This document shows, piece by piece, positions 60,841-64,000 of a stretch of DNA of 64,000 bases. Source of the DNA: Felis catus (lineage: Eukaryota); assembly GCF_018350175.1 (NCBI RefSeq), contig NC_058369.1:101494001-101558000 (forward strand), given 5' to 3'. The translations under genes and the position numbers were made by a program. The notes under the pieces were generated by a model. The model did not search any database, was not told where the DNA came from, and worked only from the letters and a program-made list of their open reading frames with translations. The first letter of the stretch is position 1. Every line of letters starts with the position of its first letter.

Positions 60841-62589
60841 GTGGTTTACAGTTTCTTACCATGCTGGGCAGAAATCACACTTGTGCAGAAGGGCCACTGA
60901 AGCAGATCAGAAAGAGGTGTACCATTTTTAGCTGGATAAATTTCCATGGGTGTTACTTTTTTTTGTTTTTTAAACCTTCACCTCATGCCTGTCGACACTG
61001 AGAACCAAAACCAGTATTGTGTGCTTTCAACTTAGTTGCAGTTTTGCTCTGAAAGAAAAATGGGTTCAGATTCTAGCCTAAGGTTATTTAGTCACCAAAA
61101 CATCCTATTAGTAACTTGGCATTGGTATCTTTATCATTGCCTAAATAAAACCTGATTAGGCTGGTTAATAAGTTATAATTCCCTAGCTTCTTACCAAAGA
61201 GCATATTTGAAATATCAGACCATTTCATTTATTTCAATAAATCCTTCATGAACACCTATTTTGAACAAAACTCTGTTAAACATTGCTCTCCATGTCTGAA
61301 AATTTCTGGATAATTACTCTGTTGAAGATTTGTGGTTAAAAAAAAATCATATTGCACTTCTAAAAGCTCATCGTTGCAAAATCATGTAAGACAGTTGACC
61401 ATAACTGAAGCCCAGGATTAGAGGCTATAACTGTTTTCAGCGGTAATTGTCACTCAAGCCAATTTTAGGACCAACCATCAATTAACCAAATGAATCAGTT
61501 AACCACTGCTTTCCTTAACAAGTTAAGTGTTAAGGAGTTTTACTAATGCAGAAAGGTGGTACCCCGGGAGAGTATGAGATTGGAAAATGATTTATTATGA
61601 GAAGTATAAGGTTAAATTACATATAAATTACAGATGAAAGCATAATGTGAGAATGTTTTCTTTTTCTGAGGTATTACTTAATCTCATAAGTGATTTAAAG
61701 GTGTATTCTGTGTGCATCTCATTTTTTTAAGGTGTTGATTATGAAATTTATAATTCTATTAACCTTTGGGTTTTGGTTCCTAATATATTGCCTGCAATTG
61801 TCAGTCAAATCAAAACCCAAACTTGAAATTAAAATTGTCTAACAACAAATGAGAGACCAGAAAAAAACTCAACTGGCATTTAAAAAAAATATTACGCCTT
61901 GTAAATTTTGAATGTTCGGATTTGAGGATTAAATACTGGCACCTCTCTGTCACTTATTTTTCTACTAATGATCATCCCTGCCTCAGCTTTTTAAAATGGT
62001 CTGTTGGGTTTCAGTTTNNNNNNNNNNNNNNNNNNNNNNNNNNNNNNNNNNNNNNNNNNNNNNNNNNNNNNNNNNNNNNNNNNNNNNNNNNNNNNNNNNN
62101 NNNNNNNNNNNNNNNNNNNNNNNNNNNNNNNNNNNNNNNNNNNNNNNNGAGGAAACTCCATGATTCTTACCAATTAGTCATAACCAGTTCGGATTTAGAA
62201 ATTACATAATTTACTACTTTGGAACACTACTTTGTTCAAAGACCAAATGGTAAAGATGTGGATATTTCACTGAATATAGGGTGATGTGGCTAATAATTAG
62301 ATCCTCAGAGAAAAAAATAAAACTCCTGAAATTTGTGGCAGGATCAGAAATGCGGCCAGGGAAAACAAGTAGTTTAATAAATAAATACTTGTTATTAGTG
62401 AAAATTGAGCATGACCTTTTTAGGATTCAATCCTTGTTTTTAGTGGTATAGTTTGTGTTTTCACTGTGTTCATTAACACAAAGAACAAGTAACTTCTCTA
62501 GTGGCTTGAGATTGGACTCACAGGAAAACATTAGGTAGTAATTAAGAGCAAGGCTTTTTTTTTTTTCCTTAGTTTGTGAAATTTTAAGT

Positions 62590-62900
62590 ATACTTCCTAA
62601 TGCGGTCACTACTTGCCACATGTAGCTATTGGGCACTTGCAATGTGACTATTCTGAATTCTAATGTGCTAGAAGTGTAAAGTATATACTGGGTTTCAAAG
62701 GCTTGGCATGAAAAAAAGATCGCAAGTATCTCAATAATATTTTATGTTGAGCACATGTTGCTATGATAATCTGGATATACTGGGCTGAAAAAAGAATATT
62801 AAAATTAATTTCACCTTTTTCTTTTAACTTTCTTACTATGGTTACCAGAAAACTGAAAATCACATATATGGTTCACCTTAAATTTGACTGGACTATGCTC
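62590..62900. mobile_element. MER33 hAT-Charlie element
   Basis: gccacatgtagctattgggcacttgcaatgtgact...atatactgggtttcaaagg...attaaaattaatttcacc...atatggttcac..tggactatgct. Confidence 0.85.
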
Positions 62901-64000
62901 ATCTACTAGGCTAAAAAAAAAATCTTTAATATGTATAGTTAATATTGGTTATTAGCAACATATTTGATTCAGATTTTTAACATCTTGAAGAGACCATTTT
63001 GGGGGCAGTTTGGGAAGCCCATTTATTCTTTTGCTCCGTGCAAGGGTTGCAGGTTGAAGCAGCTGTTCTTTGGAATTGCCAACCCTGTTCAGTTGACTGA
63101 TAGCAATCGATAGATAGTTATGGAAGGAATAAATGCCTCTTTGTTGTCACACAGCCTAAGTGAATGAACTGCACCTACTGTTTCTCTCCTTTCCACCTTT
63201 CTTCCCCTGAGGGCTTTGACGTCGTTAATAATTGGTTGATATTTATAGTAACATAAATCTAAACGCAGGTTTTCAAAGACTCAATTCATATATTACCATA
63301 TACTATAAATGATGGTATGTCATAAGTTATCATGGCTTATCATCTTATTTACAACCCTTGGCTAATATTCTGTCACTTATTATATCATTACATATTATTA
63401 CTGATGATAATATCTATAACCAAAAATGAATTTTTCATACTGTGCTTTTATAAGAAACCAGCCGAAGCAGAGTCTGCATGTAGTAAGAGCTGGGACACAG
63501 GCACTTATTAATAATCAGCCTCTTTTCCAGTGAGATTTAACTATTTCCTTTGTGGGGGGAAAATCATAGAAGAGCTGTGTGTATTTTATTTTAAAATCTT
63601 TAATTTATGAACTGTTTGACACCACCCTAAAACGTTTTGGAGCACTGAGATTAGTAGAATGAGGTCACATTATGTTAGGCAGAGAGGCCATTGAATAGGC
63701 GTTGATAATAATAAAACCTATAAAGGTCATTCTGTGAAGATAAATGTAATATTTGAATTAGTCAGTCATTTGATTTCTCTAAAAACGTAATAAGTTAATC
63801 TTGTTCCAAAAAAAAAAAAAAACCCTCCAATACTGGTAGTTTTCTTTTTAATGCCTTTCCTCTTAGGCAATCTTTTGTACATCATGCAAAAGACCATACA
63901 ATTAGCATGAAATGAGAGAGTGCTTTTTAAATTTGATGAATAAGGGCTCTTTTTTCTCCAGCTGATATGCATGCAAGGTGGAGGTCTGTATCTCACCAGC

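Noticed and set aside
1-64000. CRISPR arrays, operons, rRNA, viral genes or processed pseudogenes
   Set aside because: None seen; the content is eukaryotic intron plus known repeat classes

Overview
Mammalian genomic DNA from a cat-family (feliform/felid) carnivore, judged from ~17 CAN-SINEs of SINEC_Fc type and a young felid-type L1 3' end. The window is almost entirely intronic. One coding exon is well supported: 48276-48349 (+, 74 nt, canonical AG/GT), translating (G)DTAHEQRMAARGKTSEEEGNQPLE. I recognise this as the middle coding exon of UMAD1 (UBAP1-MVB12-associated domain protein 1), so the window spans the end of the large upstream intron, this exon and the start of the next intron. The rest is interspersed repeats (SINEC, MIR, L1, L2, CR1/L3, MLT1 LTRs, hAT transposons Zaphod/Charlie/MER33/MER5/MER58/MER103/MER91-like), microsatellites and six sized N-gaps. 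I found no convincing new multi-gene system, and nearly all ORF-track entries are chance or repeat-derived. The best leads are: (1) the longest gap-free ORF (151 aa) lies in the reading frame of a very old CR1/L3 reverse transcriptase remnant with a dead catalytic motif; (2) a consensus CTCF site in an old hAT-Tip100 element; (3) several candidate cassette or micro-exons of UMAD1, including a 58-nt frameshifting exon that would stop just before a strong-Kozak internal ATG, and a 24-nt in-frame microexon; (4) a cluster of antisense splice donors; (5) a young L1 whose target-site duplication supplies an in-frame ATG. Repeat family names come from recalled consensus sequences, not a database search, and boundaries of old repeats are approximate.
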